Of a DNA stretch of 64,000 bases, positions 23,239-33,554 are shown in pieces (the stretch's first letter is position 1; the number at the start of each line of letters is the position of its first letter). Below the pieces are notes generated by a model. The model did not search any database, was not told the DNA's origin, and saw only the letters and a program-made list of their open reading frames with translations. The DNA comes from Epithemia pelagica (lineage: Eukaryota > Protista > Bacillariophyta). Location: assembly GCA_946965045.2 (NCBI GenBank), contig OX337241.1, positions 496,001 through 560,000 on the forward strand. Reading direction: 5' to 3'. A program made the translations under genes and the position numbers.

Positions 23239-24573
23239 TTACGACCATTGTCCATTCAGATCCATGCCACAACACGGAAGTCCCAGTTGGGAATCCTCCA
23301 TACCCCGGTGAGACACAATGGCTTGTTCGTCGTCGTCGTTCTCGGACTTGGGTGGGTGTGGTTTTGGTTTGACTTGTCGTTCCGAAACTTTGGTCACGGG
23401 TTTGGGGGTGGGTTTGACGTCATTCTTGGAGTCATCGTCATCTTGTTCCTCCTCGTCCTCATAGTCGTCGTCCTCATCGTCATCATGACCACGTTCGTCG
23501 TGATCATCATCTTCCTCGTCGGTGGATTTGCTCGAAAGCTCTCGTTCCTTGAGCAACATCATGGACAAGCCAGCAGCAAACCACAGGAAAAAGGCGACAA
23601 TCACCGCAATGGCCGGCCATCCCGCCGCACAATTGTCCGCATCCTTGCACCAATCGGAAAGCAAGGAAATCTATCCATGTAGAGAGAGAGAGAGAGAGAT
23701 AGAGAGCAACAAACAAACAATACAGCAAAACACATGGCAAAAGTACACGTCGTCAGAGAAAGAGACGGCGAGTCGGAAAGAGCAGCACCACAAAAAGGCT
23801 TGCAGATATCCTCGGCTAGATGGTGTGAATTGGAATTGCACATTTAGTTCGCAAATGCGTCACGTACCAAACCAATGGGGACAAAGATACCATAGGCAAA
23901 GAAGGAACACTTGAGAAATCGAAGCGACAATTTCGAGAGGACACAACAGTTTCCAAAACTGAAATACAAGACGGACAAGATTCCTGGACCACAGGCCAGC
24001 ATCAAAAAGATGCGAGCAAACCACAGGGGTGTATCCAAATCCTTTTTGTTGAGGGTGTCATGATCGGACCAAAAGACACAGTCTCCCGTGTCGACAACAA
24101 GACCATCTTCCAGGGTAAAATCTTCCACGGTCCATGGTCCGACATTGAAGACGGACTTTTCCTCACTGGTAAAAATACCCTCCTCCCGATAGTCCACCTC
24201 AAAAAAGTCACAGCTCACTGTCGCATAGGCCGTAAAGAGCAAGGCAATGACTGCTGAACAAAAGGGCACGGCAAAGAACAGGCCGTAGGGGCACAAGATG
24301 CACATGCCACACGTTTTTCTGCGAGATTTTGGGTAATCATGGAAGTGACATGCAGATTGTGAGCTTACTGTCCGTCTGTTTTGCACAAGAAAACACTCCA
24401 AGCCAAGGAACAAGGCAGTTCAAATCCAAGGGCGAAAAGGACGCATCGTGACCACTCCCGGAGGTCTGATTCATCCAACAAACGCAATATGCAATCATCG
24501 GACACTCTCACAATCCAAATCGACCACACTGCAACACTGTTTGGCCAGCATGCAACACTTACAAGAGCTGCAT
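23239..24573 (-). CDS. Cys-rich 4-TM claudin-like protein, paralog D; complement(join(23239..23670,23868..24318,24563..24573))
   Basis: 11-nt exon ATGCAGCTCTT|GTAAGT, acceptor CGCAG(24319), intron 2 GTACGT(23867)..TAG(23671). In frame, with FNVGPWTVEDF and an acidic tail. An optional 27-nt exon (24395..24369) would also keep the frame. Confidence 0.75.
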
Positions 24574-25397
24574 GTTGATTGTTCGTCAGGGTTTGAGTAG
24601 TCGTCCTTTTTGCTCTCTCTCTAACACTTTCTCTTGCTCTCTTTGGATAATTCAAAAGAGAAACACAATCCGATAATAGCCGTTCATCAACCCTATTGTA
24701 GAATGGATTCTATCGCTGTTGCTTATCCTTGTCGGCAAGAAAAAAGGACATGGAGAACACACCAACTGCCTTCCGAATGGATGGATGTCGTTGGCGATTT
24801 CCACATAAACAATCGACAGCTACTAGCCAGCCAGTCTTGCCCCGAGTATCGCCCCATAACCGGAAGCGTAATGGGGAAGCATGGATACATACACGAGAGA
24901 AACGTCGGGCGCGCACAAAATCGCTCCTATATTCGCAGGGGCTGAGGTTCCAAATTTTCAATCCAAAGCCGAAGGCGCGGCTGGCTCCGACTGATTATTT
25001 TGTAGCATGCACGACTCGGATCAGGGCTTGCCCCTCCCCCAAACCCCAAACCATCAACACTTCAGCGCTCACATAAGAAGTGATGGTTACATTTATCAGG
25101 TGTTTGGGGGACATGAGAGCTCCGCCTTGGACAGGAACCAAAAAATGTGAGGGGACGACGACGACGACGACGACGACGACGAACTACGAATACATTCTCT
25201 CATTCATTAGTCCTTTCGTAAAACATTCATATCCATTATTCAGATTAAGACATGCATATCCGTACCCCTCTGTAGTTCACTTCCTCATCATTTTTTGGTT
25301 TGTTCGACGCTTTCACCCACACGTTAATACTTCTTTCGAGGAGGTTGACCGGATTTCACACATAGACAATAGACACACCCTTCACTTTTGTCCAACT

Positions 25398-26633
25398 CTA
25401 GTTTGTCGCCGGTTTGCCCGTGTCGTCTGCCGCATCGGCATCTCCTCCTTCCGTCTCACCCTGATTGCCTCCATCTGCGGCATCGTCATTATCTCCTCCA
25501 TTATTTTCTGCTTCTTCGTCTCCTCCTTCGTTGCCATTGTCTTGTTCTTCTTCCTGTTCTTCTTCTTCTTGAGCCTCCTCTTGTGGAGTATCTTCGTCAC
25601 CACCTTCGGTCAAGACTTCTCTGGTTTCCGTCACGGACTTGGATCCGTCCGGATTTGTGACGGTCGTAGTAATCACCTTGACCTTGGTACCATCGGCTTC
25701 GGAAATGATTTCTTCCTCCACATTGGTCGTGGGAGACAAGGGTTGTTCTTCGACATCTTGCTTTTCGTCATCCTCCTCCTCATCATCGTCGTCCTTTTTG
25801 GGGCTGACGTCCTTGTCGAGTCGTTCCCGTTCTTTCATGGTCAACATGACTCCGGCACCAATCAGCCAAAAAAAAGAAGGCAATCACCACAGAAACAGCC
25901 GAGGCTTCTGCCTTGCACTCGTCGGCATCCTTGCACCATTCGGAAGCAAAGGCGGCCTGATTCATGCCAAACAAAAAAAAAGTGTGTTAGGAGAAGAATT
26001 CCCTGGCAACAACAACAACATGTCTCGTGTTAATACGTACCAGACTGACGGGGAACAGAATCCCAAACAACAAATAGGAAAGTGCGAGAGCGTAAATGCA
26101 AAATTTTCCCAACACCATGCACGATCCAAAGGCAAAGCCCAGCGTCATGAAATAGGCTGGCACACACACGATAAAGACCATGACACGCGCAAATTGCAAG
26201 GCCGAGTCAATGTCATCATCGTCCAAGGTATCGTGACTGTTCCATCCGACACAATCCCCAGTGGACACAATTTGACCCTTGGATACGCTAAAGTTTTCGA
26301 CCGTCCACGGCCCAGGGTAAATTCCGAGGACTTGTTACTGTCAAAAATGCCCTGGTTCTTGTAGGTCACTTCAATGTAGTCGCAACTCCACGAGGCACCG
26401 GACGTGAAGGCAATGGCAATAATGGTACAAATGGCGGGAAGTGTGTAGGTACATCCATACGGACAACAGAAGCAAAACCTGCAACAAATGCCTTCTCGGC
26501 CCTTGAGAAAACTGCAGACACGAGGTCCAACGAAAGAACAACAACCACCAAGATAGAGAATTGTTAGAATTCGTTCCACAAGCGCACCACACTTGTTGCG
26601 TCCATCACAAACAGGAACTTACAATGGCGCCAT
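25398..26633 (-). pseudogene. Claudin-like paralog E with two 1-bp indels (pseudogene or sequencing error); exons 26633..26623, 26511..26041, 25956..25398
   Basis: Exon 1 ATGGCGCCATT|GTAAGT. A -1 at ~26311 (CTGGGCCGTGG breaks the conserved GPW) and a +1 in a T8 run at ~25870 (AFFFW). Exon sums of 482 and 559 nt confirm the frame breaks. Confidence 0.75.
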
Positions 26634-27269
26634 GATAGAATGAAACTGTGTGTCGATTGGATGGATTAACGTTTGTATAGAGGTCTTGAATGATGCGACG
26701 CTGTTTTGGTGTTGTCGTCGAATCGTTCGCTTCTTTTCGAAGACGAGAGGGAGATCCATTCAACACAAAAATTCACGAAGAAGATCAAAAAAGATCTTGG
26801 ATTTTTGGCACATCAATGAGGGGCTTAACATCCCCCAAAACCCGCATAGTACTTCATTGCTGTCTTGTATTCTTTATGCTCTTATCGGCTGAACCAATAA
26901 ATAAGGTGGAAAGGTTTTTCTAAAGGGGGCTTGGGTTAGCTAATGCCCCACCAGAGGCTTCGGGTTGTAGAGAATGCTCACAAGATCTGGTTCACTAATC
27001 CTCATGACTCATCTCCGCTGGGGGGTAACTTTGGTGGTGCTTAACTTCCCCAAGAATTACGGTAGCCCTTACGTTGGACATGTGAGAACGGAAAGCCGAC
27101 AAGCTTTTGAGAAGGAAGATATTCGCAGTTGTTGTAAATGGGAATAGGTTGTTTGTTTGTGCAATTCATACAGGAGGCCTATTTACTATCTGCGATATAC
27201 TATGAGTCAAGTTGCGCCGCACCCTGACCCTTTGCCAAACACATTCAGCCCCTCTTCCGTCCTGTTGAC

Positions 27270-27504
27270 TGTTGTTTTAACCGTGGTCACTGCCGATTAA
27301 AAGGGCCAACTAGTTTCGTAAAAAGGGGATTGAGTAAATTATAGGTATGGTCATGTTACGCTATGGGTGTAAATGGTGCTGACGTATGAGGGTCGTCAGT
27401 GAATAGTGTCAAATGGTGACGTGGGTCATGGGGGAAACCCTTACGCACGGGAGGTGTCCCCTCTGGTTCCGAATGCGCCAGGCGGCAACGGGGATCTTCC
27501 AACA
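27270..27504 (-). repeat. 3' LTR (235 bp)
   Basis: TGTTGTTTTAACC...GATCTTCCAACA; matches 33320..33554 base for base on visual comparison. Confidence 0.96.
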
Positions 27505-27520
27505 CTCCCTCTCACTTTTC
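27505..27520 (-). other. Polypurine tract
   Basis: The minus strand reads GAAAAGTGAGAGGGAG immediately before the 3' LTR. Confidence 0.85.
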
Positions 27521-27545
27521 AATTTGCACCCATTTGTGACACTCG

Positions 27546-30500
27546 TTACCATCCGAGTACTCGTTTGCGCAGTCGTTCCAATGTGTCTTTCGGCAATGGT
27601 TTGGTGAGATAGTCTGCGAGTTGGTCCTCAGTTGCCACTTTGTGAATCGTTACGCTGCCATCCTCCACGTATGTGCGGAAGTGATGGAGCTTAACGTTCA
27701 GGTGTTTTGTCCTTGGGCGAAACTTGTAGACCTTGGCCATCTCGAGCGCCCCACTGTTGTCCTCGAACACTTTACAGTGGACCTCTGCTTGCGTTTGTTG
27801 TATTTGGATGCCTTGTTGTTGCATCTCTTCCAACAAGCGCATTATTGGTATGGCTGCTCGGAGCGCATAAGACAGCCCAGTGTACTCACTTTCCGTTGAA
27901 CTGAGGGCGATCTCCGTTTGAATTTGTGATTTCCAGATCACTGGGCAACCCATATAACGGATTATGTACCCATGTCGCGACCTTGCCGTGTCACGGTCTG
28001 TCGTTGCGTCCTCGCGCTTCCAGTTGCCTGCGAAGTCAGCGTCCACCCATACTTCCAAGCCTGCCTCCTTGTCTGGACGGAACGACATTCCTTTGTCTCG
28101 TGTCGCGTGTAGGTACCGTCCAATCCATCGGACTGCGTCTCCATGTGGCTTCCGAGGGTTGGAGGCAAAGCGTGCGCATTGATGTGTAGCGTACGCTATG
28201 TCGCTCCTTGACCCTGCTTCGATGTAATTCAACATCCCGACGATGGATCGATAGTTGAAATTGTTGTCGAAGGGTGGTTTCTCCAGATGGCGATGGAGTA
28301 TCTTGGACGGTGCTGCGGGCGTATCCTTTGGGACTGTGTCGGATCCCAGGCGCAATCCTTTCAATACCTTGTCGATAAGGTGCGGTTGGGAGAATGTGAT
28401 TTCTCCGTTGTCGCTTTTGTGGATATTTACGCCAAGGAAATCCTTGATGTTTCCTTCCACTGTGATGTTGAGCTTTGCTGCTCGGATATCGTTGATTGCT
28501 TTGTCAATCTCTGCCTGATCCGGACCCACGATGATACTATCGTCAGTGTATAGAACGTAGATCACTTGGCCCCTGTAGAACACGCACTCATCCACAGCCG
28601 ACTTGGTGAACCCCACCTGCTCCACCAACCGCCTTGACAGGTGTTGGTACCACACCCTACCGGCTTGTTTTTGCCCGTAGAGGTTGGCATGGAGCTTGAG
28701 GACATAATCTCTTTTGGACTTTCCTTCGTCCAGATCATACCCCACTGGGATCTCCATATAGACTTCCCTTTCGACCGGTGCCTGTGGGTATGCCAGGACA
28801 TAGTCAATTTGTTGTGTATGCCAATTGAATGCTGATACCAGAGCTAGGACCAGTCTGATGGATGCCCACGATGCGACTGGGGCATATGTCTGATCGTAGT
28901 CTATGCCCTTTTCCATCTTGGACCCATCGAAATTGAGTCTTGCCTTGTGTGTTTTGATCTCGCGTGTCATGATGTCCCTTTTCCTACGCATTTGCCATAC
29001 TGCCTTGAAGATGCGTTGGCCTGCTGGGACTGAATCGCGGCGCACAATAGATAGATTTCCATCTTCCATCTGTCGCTCCATTTCTTTCTGCATGCCCTTT
29101 ATAAACTCCGCCCTGTCCGGCTCTTTCATAGCCTCATGATGATACATTGTATCCGGGTCGGAGACTGCCGCTTTGTAGGCTAGGAGTGGGTCCTCCCCCT
29201 CCATATTGTCTTGCGGCGTGAGGGTGGAGAGAGCAAATAGTTCCCCCGGTATCGTCGCGTCATCCTCTACCTCTGCGGACATTACTTCAATGAGGCGTTG
29301 CGTCGGTTTACGCAGTCGTCCCGATCTCGTCCGCATTTGGTTGGTTGTTGTTGTTTGCGGGGGTTGCCGCTCCCTCTGGCCGTGTGCTCCCTCTGAGTCC
29401 ACTGGAGGCATTCGTTCCATGGTTCGTCCAGTCTGTGTTGCTTGTGGTGGCGTCCCACCTGGTGGACCTGTGGTTGGACTTTGGTTGGGTGCCTCATCCG
29501 GCCATGTATTGTTTGGCAATTGTTGTTGCCCTTCTTCCGGTGGAGTGCCAGTTGGAGTGTGTTGTGGGGCTCCCTCTTGCCCCTTGTGCCTCCTCCGTCG
29601 TTTTCCTTTCTGGCTCCTTAACGGTTGTCCGGTTCGTTTGGCGTCAGCGAAGAATGTACTGACTTGCCACGTTGCCGTCAGTTGCTCCTGTTGAAGGGTA
29701 TGGAAACTGCGATCGAAACGTACGTGGAATTGTGGACTTACATGCCCGGTGTGTCGGTTGAGGACCAGTGCCACATTCCTGTTGTGGATTGGCGACTGGC
29801 CCAAGTAAATTCCCACGCGTGCTCGGTTTTCCCACTTGTTGTGTGGTTTGTTCCCTTGCAATCGTTCATCCAGCACGTACACTGGGCATCCAAAGGGCCT
29901 CCAGTGCTTTTTGTTCGTGTTAATGGCCGTCTGCGAAAACAGTTGGATTGGTGATTGCTTCGTTTCGTGTTGCATATTGGGGGCCGCGTTAATGCAGTCG
30001 TTTGCATGGCGCACAGCGTAAGGCCACAAGTTGGCAGTGATTGCCTGTGGCCATCGCTTGTTCGCGTGCAAAAGCATTGTGCGCGCCATCCCTTGCAACT
30101 CTCTTATTCGACGCTCCGCCTTCCCGTTGGAATGGTGGGCGCCAACAGCTGCAAACGTGAGGTCTTGTCCTTGGTCGTGACATGCCTTCACCCACCCGTG
30201 CGCTTTAAAAATACCGTTGTCGGCATGGTAGGCACGCACCGACACTCCTCTGTTTATGGCATAGCGCTCAAAAGCTCTCTTGCCTTGTAGTGTCTCTTCA
30301 ACGGTTGAAGTCTTCTGTAGGAAGACGAAGCCCAGTGACGTCGCTTGGTCCACATACACGGTAGCGTATCTGTAACGCTGCTTCGTGATGAACCCTGTCA
30401 TCTGTGCCACGAGTCCTGGAGTGGGCGATACTAACTGGTCGACCGACACAACCATGCCTGGTTTGCTCGGAGGTGTCTTGTTCGACCAGTCTTTCGACGA

Positions 30501-31829
30501 CCTTGTGCGCCATGCTCGCTTCGTTGCTTTGGCGAAATTGCATGCCGAGCACACTGGGATGTGACAATTCGCCAGTCGTTTCGGCAGTATTCTGTCCTTT
30601 GCCATTTGTTGTAGTTTAGCGAATGGCAGGTGCCCAAAGTCGTAGTGGTACCTGAGCAACTCTGCCTCCGCCGTTGGCCGTTCCTCCTCCTCGTGTGGGA
30701 TGATGTCTGGCGGTGGAATTTCGTCGACGACAGTCTTTCCATCCAGGTCGAAGTCAAACTTGCGAGGCTCTGCTTCGTCCGTTTGTTGGGTTGCTGCGTC
30801 TGGCGTTGCCTCTGCCGTCGGTTTCGGTATGGCCTGGTGCCATTGTTGGGCTTGGATCGGGTAGGTCGTTTCGTCGTCTTCCTCGTCATCGGATACCACC
30901 ATTGACGGCATGGCTTGATGCTGTAATAATGGGTCTTTGTCGTAGTCGCGGTCGCGCTCAGTCCCACATTCTTTACAGTAGGCATGGTACTGCTTGTACC
31001 CACTCGCGAGATGGAACGTAGCCACATTATTTCCGTGTGTGTCTATTGGGATCGTCCTTCGTGACTGACGGTCGTTCCAGAATAGTACTACTTCTGTGCC
31101 TGTGGTCATTTCGCCCGCCCCACCGCGCTTTTCACTACTTTTCCGAGTCTGCGCCCAGTGTTGCGGGCTCAGTAGTCGGACCTTACCTTCTGGAACATAG
31201 TACGAGTTGGGAATCACCATCGTATGGATCTTTCCTTGGTCATCCTCCCAGTCCCAGTGTATGGTGCCCGTCCACACTTCATAAGTTTTCGCACCTCCAA
31301 AACCTTTGATTGCTTTGTTGCACTGCTTCAAAGCTCCAGGTATGTCGCTTCGAACGTGGGTGATGCAACCCGAACACCTGTTGTCGATGCCAATCATCAT
31401 TGAGTCTGAGTCAAATGGGTGGCAGTTGGTTGCCGCGGCGCATCTGGCCGCCATGGCCATGATTGCAGCGCTGCATATTATCTTTCGCGCCCTTCTTCTT
31501 CGCCATGGTCTCACTTTCTTCCTTTGCTTCGTGTCCAGGAATTTCGTGTCTACCCAGTTTGCCAGGCCTTCGACTGTCTCATTGGTCATCGTAATAGCGT
31601 GGTGCATCCAATCCTTCTTGTTCGTCGTCGACTCGTGTTCCTCCCCCTGGTGGAGAACGACTATGATGAGCTTTGTCGCTGCTTCTATCATGGTTGTCGT
31701 TCGTTTCAGGAATTGGACAAGGGTCCATAACCACAGGTAAGTGATTATTTCTTCGAGGGAGAGAGTGGTGTACATGTACAAGATCAGAGTTACTAATGTT
31801 GTTACTGTTTTCCACCCTCTCCATAGGAG
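27546..31829 (-). CDS. pol: Copia pol (protease, GAG-pre-integrase, integrase, RT, RNase H); frame open from the codon after the gag stop
   Basis: IGIDNRCS (protease-like site), HYDFGH...CSAC zinc finger, VSVDQ / HADNG / NGKAERRI integrase D,D,E, YVLYTDD (RT), and VDADFAG / LSSTESEY / FEDNSGA / QLADYLTK (RNase H). First ATG is at 31775. Confidence 0.95.
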   Translation of the reverse strand, partial: LLWRGWKTVTTLVTLILYMYTTLSLEEIITYLWLWTLVQFLKRTTTMIEAATKLIIVVLHQGEEHESTTNKKDWMHHAITMTNETVEGLANWVDTKFLDTKQRKKVRPWRRRRARKIICSAAIMAMAARCAAATNCHPFDSDSMMIGIDNRCSGCITHVRSDIPGALKQCNKAIKGFGGAKTYEVWTGTIHWDWEDDQGKIHTMVIPNSYYVPEGKVRLLSPQHWAQTRKSSEKRGGAGEMTTGTEVVLFWNDRQSRRTIPIDTHGNNVATFHLASGYKQYHAYCKECGTERDRDYDKDPLLQHQAMPSMVVSDDEEDDETTYPIQAQQWHQAIPKPTAEATPDAATQQTDEAEPRKFDFDLDGKTVVDEIPPPDIIPHEEEERPTAEAELLRYHYDFGHLPFAKLQQMAKDRILPKRLANCHIPVCSACNFAKATKRAWRTRSSKDWSNKTPPSKPGMVVSVDQLVSPTPGLVAQMTGFITKQRYRYATVYVDQATSLGFVFLQKTSTVEETLQGKRAFERYAINRGVSVRAYHADNGIFKAHGWVKACHDQGQDLTFAAVGAHHSNGKAERRIRELQGMARTMLLHANKRWPQAITANLWPYAVRHANDCINAAPNMQHETKQSPIQLFSQTAINTNKKHWRPFGCPVYVLDERLQGNKPHNKWENRARVGIYLGQSPIHNRNVALVLNRHTGHVSPQFHVRFDRSFHTLQQEQLTATWQVSTFFADAKRTGQPLRSQKGKRRRRHKGQEGAPQHTPTGTPPEEGQQQLPNNTWPDEAPNQSPTTGPPGGTPPQATQTGRTMERMPPVDSEGAHGQRERQPPQTTTTNQMRTRSGRLRKPTQRLIEVMSAEVEDDATIPGELFALSTLTPQDNMEGEDPLLAYKAAVSDPDTMYHHEAMKEPDRAEFIKGMQKEMERQMEDGNLSIVRRDSVPAGQRIFKAVWQMRRKRDIMTREIKTHKARLNFDGSKMEKGIDYDQTYAPVASWASIRLVLALVSAFNWHTQQIDYVLAYPQAPVEREVYMEIPVGYDLDEGKSKRDYVLKLHANLYGQKQAGRVWYQHLSRRLVEQVGFTKSAVDECVFYRGQVIYVLYTDDSIIVGPDQAEIDKAINDIRAAKLNITVEGNIKDFLGVNIHKSDNGEITFSQPHLIDKVLKGLRLGSDTVPKDTPAAPSKILHRHLEKPPFDNNFNYRSIVGMLNYIEAGSRSDIAYATHQCARFASNPRKPHGDAVRWIGRYLHATRDKGMSFRPDKEAGLEVWVDADFAGNWKREDATTDRDTARSRHGYIIRYMGCPVIWKSQIQTEIALSSTESEYTGLSYALRAAIPIMRLLEEMQQQGIQIQQTQAEVHCKVFEDNSGALEMAKVYKFRPRTKHLNVKLHHFRTYVEDGSVTIHKVATEDQLADYLTKPLPKDTLERLRKRVLGW

Positions 31830-33233
31830 TCACGATTCGTAATCGGAGTCCTCCTGCTCGTCCTCCATGCTCTCGACCAGTGTCTCATGCGCCACGGCCA
31901 TCTTCAGAGCATCTTTCTTCTTCTTTTCTTCTTTTGCGTCCGTTTTCGACGTTTTCGGTGCTGGTTTCGCATACCCTTTGCAATCCGCCGGCTTGTGGGT
32001 CCTCCACTTGCCACCACATTTGCCGCCTGTGGCATCATCGCACCAGTACCACTTGGTGCCATTCCATGTGCGGTACTTTGTCAGGCTTTCCTGTTTTGGC
32101 TTCGTGTGGTCCTTGAGCCAACCTGGTCGCTCGGGTTTTTGCTTGGTGTTCTCCAGTTTTGCTTTGGTGCCTTTCTTGTGGACTCCATCTTTTCCTTTTG
32201 CCTTGTCCGCGTTGTTCTTGCTGGACTGCTTTTTGAGGTGGAGTACCTCGGCCTGGAGAGCCAGTACCTCCTTTTGGTGTTGGGTTGGTTGCTCCCATTC
32301 GTCGCGCGTCACTTGTTTCTTGTAGAAGTTGACGGCGCGAACCATCAATTCGTTTGCGCTCGTGATGACGTTTGAACCGTCTTCATGGCCATCTTCAATC
32401 TTTTGGATATAATCCTGAAAACGGTCGTCCTTGACGGCTTTGTAGCCTTTAAACAAGTTAACGATTAGGTCTAATGATGTATGTCCTCTGGATGCCAACC
32501 CGTCAACTTGGCTCTGCACGTAGGCGTTGAATGCAACTATATCGGACCCGTTCGTCTCGATGTAGCGATCGAGGTTCGTTAGGTTCAGTCGCAACGTAGT
32601 GACAGTCGCGTTAGAGTCAAGGTAACTCTCGCGAATCACGACCTTGAAGAGGCATCCTCCTGCATCTTCCCCATTCACCTTGGTCTCATTCGTCCAAATT
32701 TGGATACGTTGAATGCCGGTTGGTGAGAGTGAGTTCATGATTAAGTCATGAAGCATCTTGGAGTTCTGCGAGTTCCTGGTGTTCTGTCCGATGAATGTCG
32801 TTTCGTAGGCCTTGATTTCCTCCAACGTCAAACGTCCATAATCCGTGATCATGTTGACAGCTGGTGGTGCGACTCCGCCTGGAGGTGCCGGAACTGTTAC
32901 CATGCAGTTGGCTCCGTTCTCGAGCATTCCGAGGTCGCGAGCCCGCGTATGGAGTAGGTTCACGAATAATTGGAACCTGCCTGGCTCTACATCAAACTTC
33001 TCGTCGGTCGAGAATAAGGATCTCGTTGCCTGTTCGTAGTACTTCCTGCCTTCTTTCGTGCTAAAATCCAGGGTGTTTGCAATCCCAGCTCGCAAGGGAG
33101 TACGGAGGAATGGTCCTGCAGCTGGTGCTCCTGGTCCGGCAGCTGCTTGCGCTATTGCGTTCTGGATCGCAACAGATGCATTGTTCAGGGCTTGAACGAG
33201 TGCTTGGGCGTCTGCTCCAGCTGCGTCTCCCAT
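31830..33233 (-). CDS. gag: Copia gag-like protein
   Basis: ATG at 33233, ~467 aa, located between the PBS and pol. C-terminal WC-x7-C-x6-H-x4-C knuckle; ends in TGA at 31832-31830. Confidence 0.88.
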   Translation of the reverse strand: MGDAAGADAQALVQALNNASVAIQNAIAQAAAGPGAPAAGPFLRTPLRAGIANTLDFSTKEGRKYYEQATRSLFSTDEKFDVEPGRFQLFVNLLHTRARDLGMLENGANCMVTVPAPPGGVAPPAVNMITDYGRLTLEEIKAYETTFIGQNTRNSQNSKMLHDLIMNSLSPTGIQRIQIWTNETKVNGEDAGGCLFKVVIRESYLDSNATVTTLRLNLTNLDRYIETNGSDIVAFNAYVQSQVDGLASRGHTSLDLIVNLFKGYKAVKDDRFQDYIQKIEDGHEDGSNVITSANELMVRAVNFYKKQVTRDEWEQPTQHQKEVLALQAEVLHLKKQSSKNNADKAKGKDGVHKKGTKAKLENTKQKPERPGWLKDHTKPKQESLTKYRTWNGTKWYWCDDATGGKCGGKWRTHKPADCKGYAKPAPKTSKTDAKEEKKKKDALKMAVAHETLVESMEDEQEDSDYES

Positions 33234-33305
33234 GTTCCCTTGCTTTCCTGAAAGTAGTTCACGGCACAAATCGGTGAGTTTTTCTTATGGAAGGTCACAG
33301 TTATC

Positions 33306-33319
33306 GCGCAGAGGAAGCG
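33306..33319 (-). other. Putative non-canonical primer-binding site (complement of initiator tRNA-Met D-arm)
   Basis: The minus strand reads CGCTTCCTCTGCGC directly after the 5' LTR. Its complement GCGCAGAGGAAGCG matches the eukaryotic tRNAi-Met D-arm GCGCAGNGGAAGCG, recalled from human, yeast and plant sequences. Confidence 0.6.
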
Positions 33320-33554
33320 TGTTGTTTTAACCGTGGTCACTGCCGATTAAAAGGGCCAACTAGTTTCGTAAAAAGGGGATTGAGTAAATTATAGGTATGG
33401 TCATGTTACGCTATGGGTGTAAATGGTGCTGACGTATGAGGGTCGTCAGTGAATAGTGTCAAATGGTGACGTGGGTCATGGGGGAAACCCTTACGCACGG
33501 GAGGTGTCCCCTCTGGTTCCGAATGCGCCAGGCGGCAACGGGGATCTTCCAACA
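33320..33554 (-). repeat. 5' LTR (235 bp)
   Basis: Identical to 27270..27504; followed on the + strand by GTTGAC. Confidence 0.96.

Larger units (their letters stand above)
27270..33554 (-). mobile_element. Full-length Ty1/Copia LTR retrotransposon (diatom CoDi-like), 6,285 bp, recent insertion
   Basis: Two 235-bp TG..CA LTRs that appear identical, flanking GTTGAC duplication, gag plus pol in PR-IN-RT-RH order, and a PPT. Confidence 0.97.
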
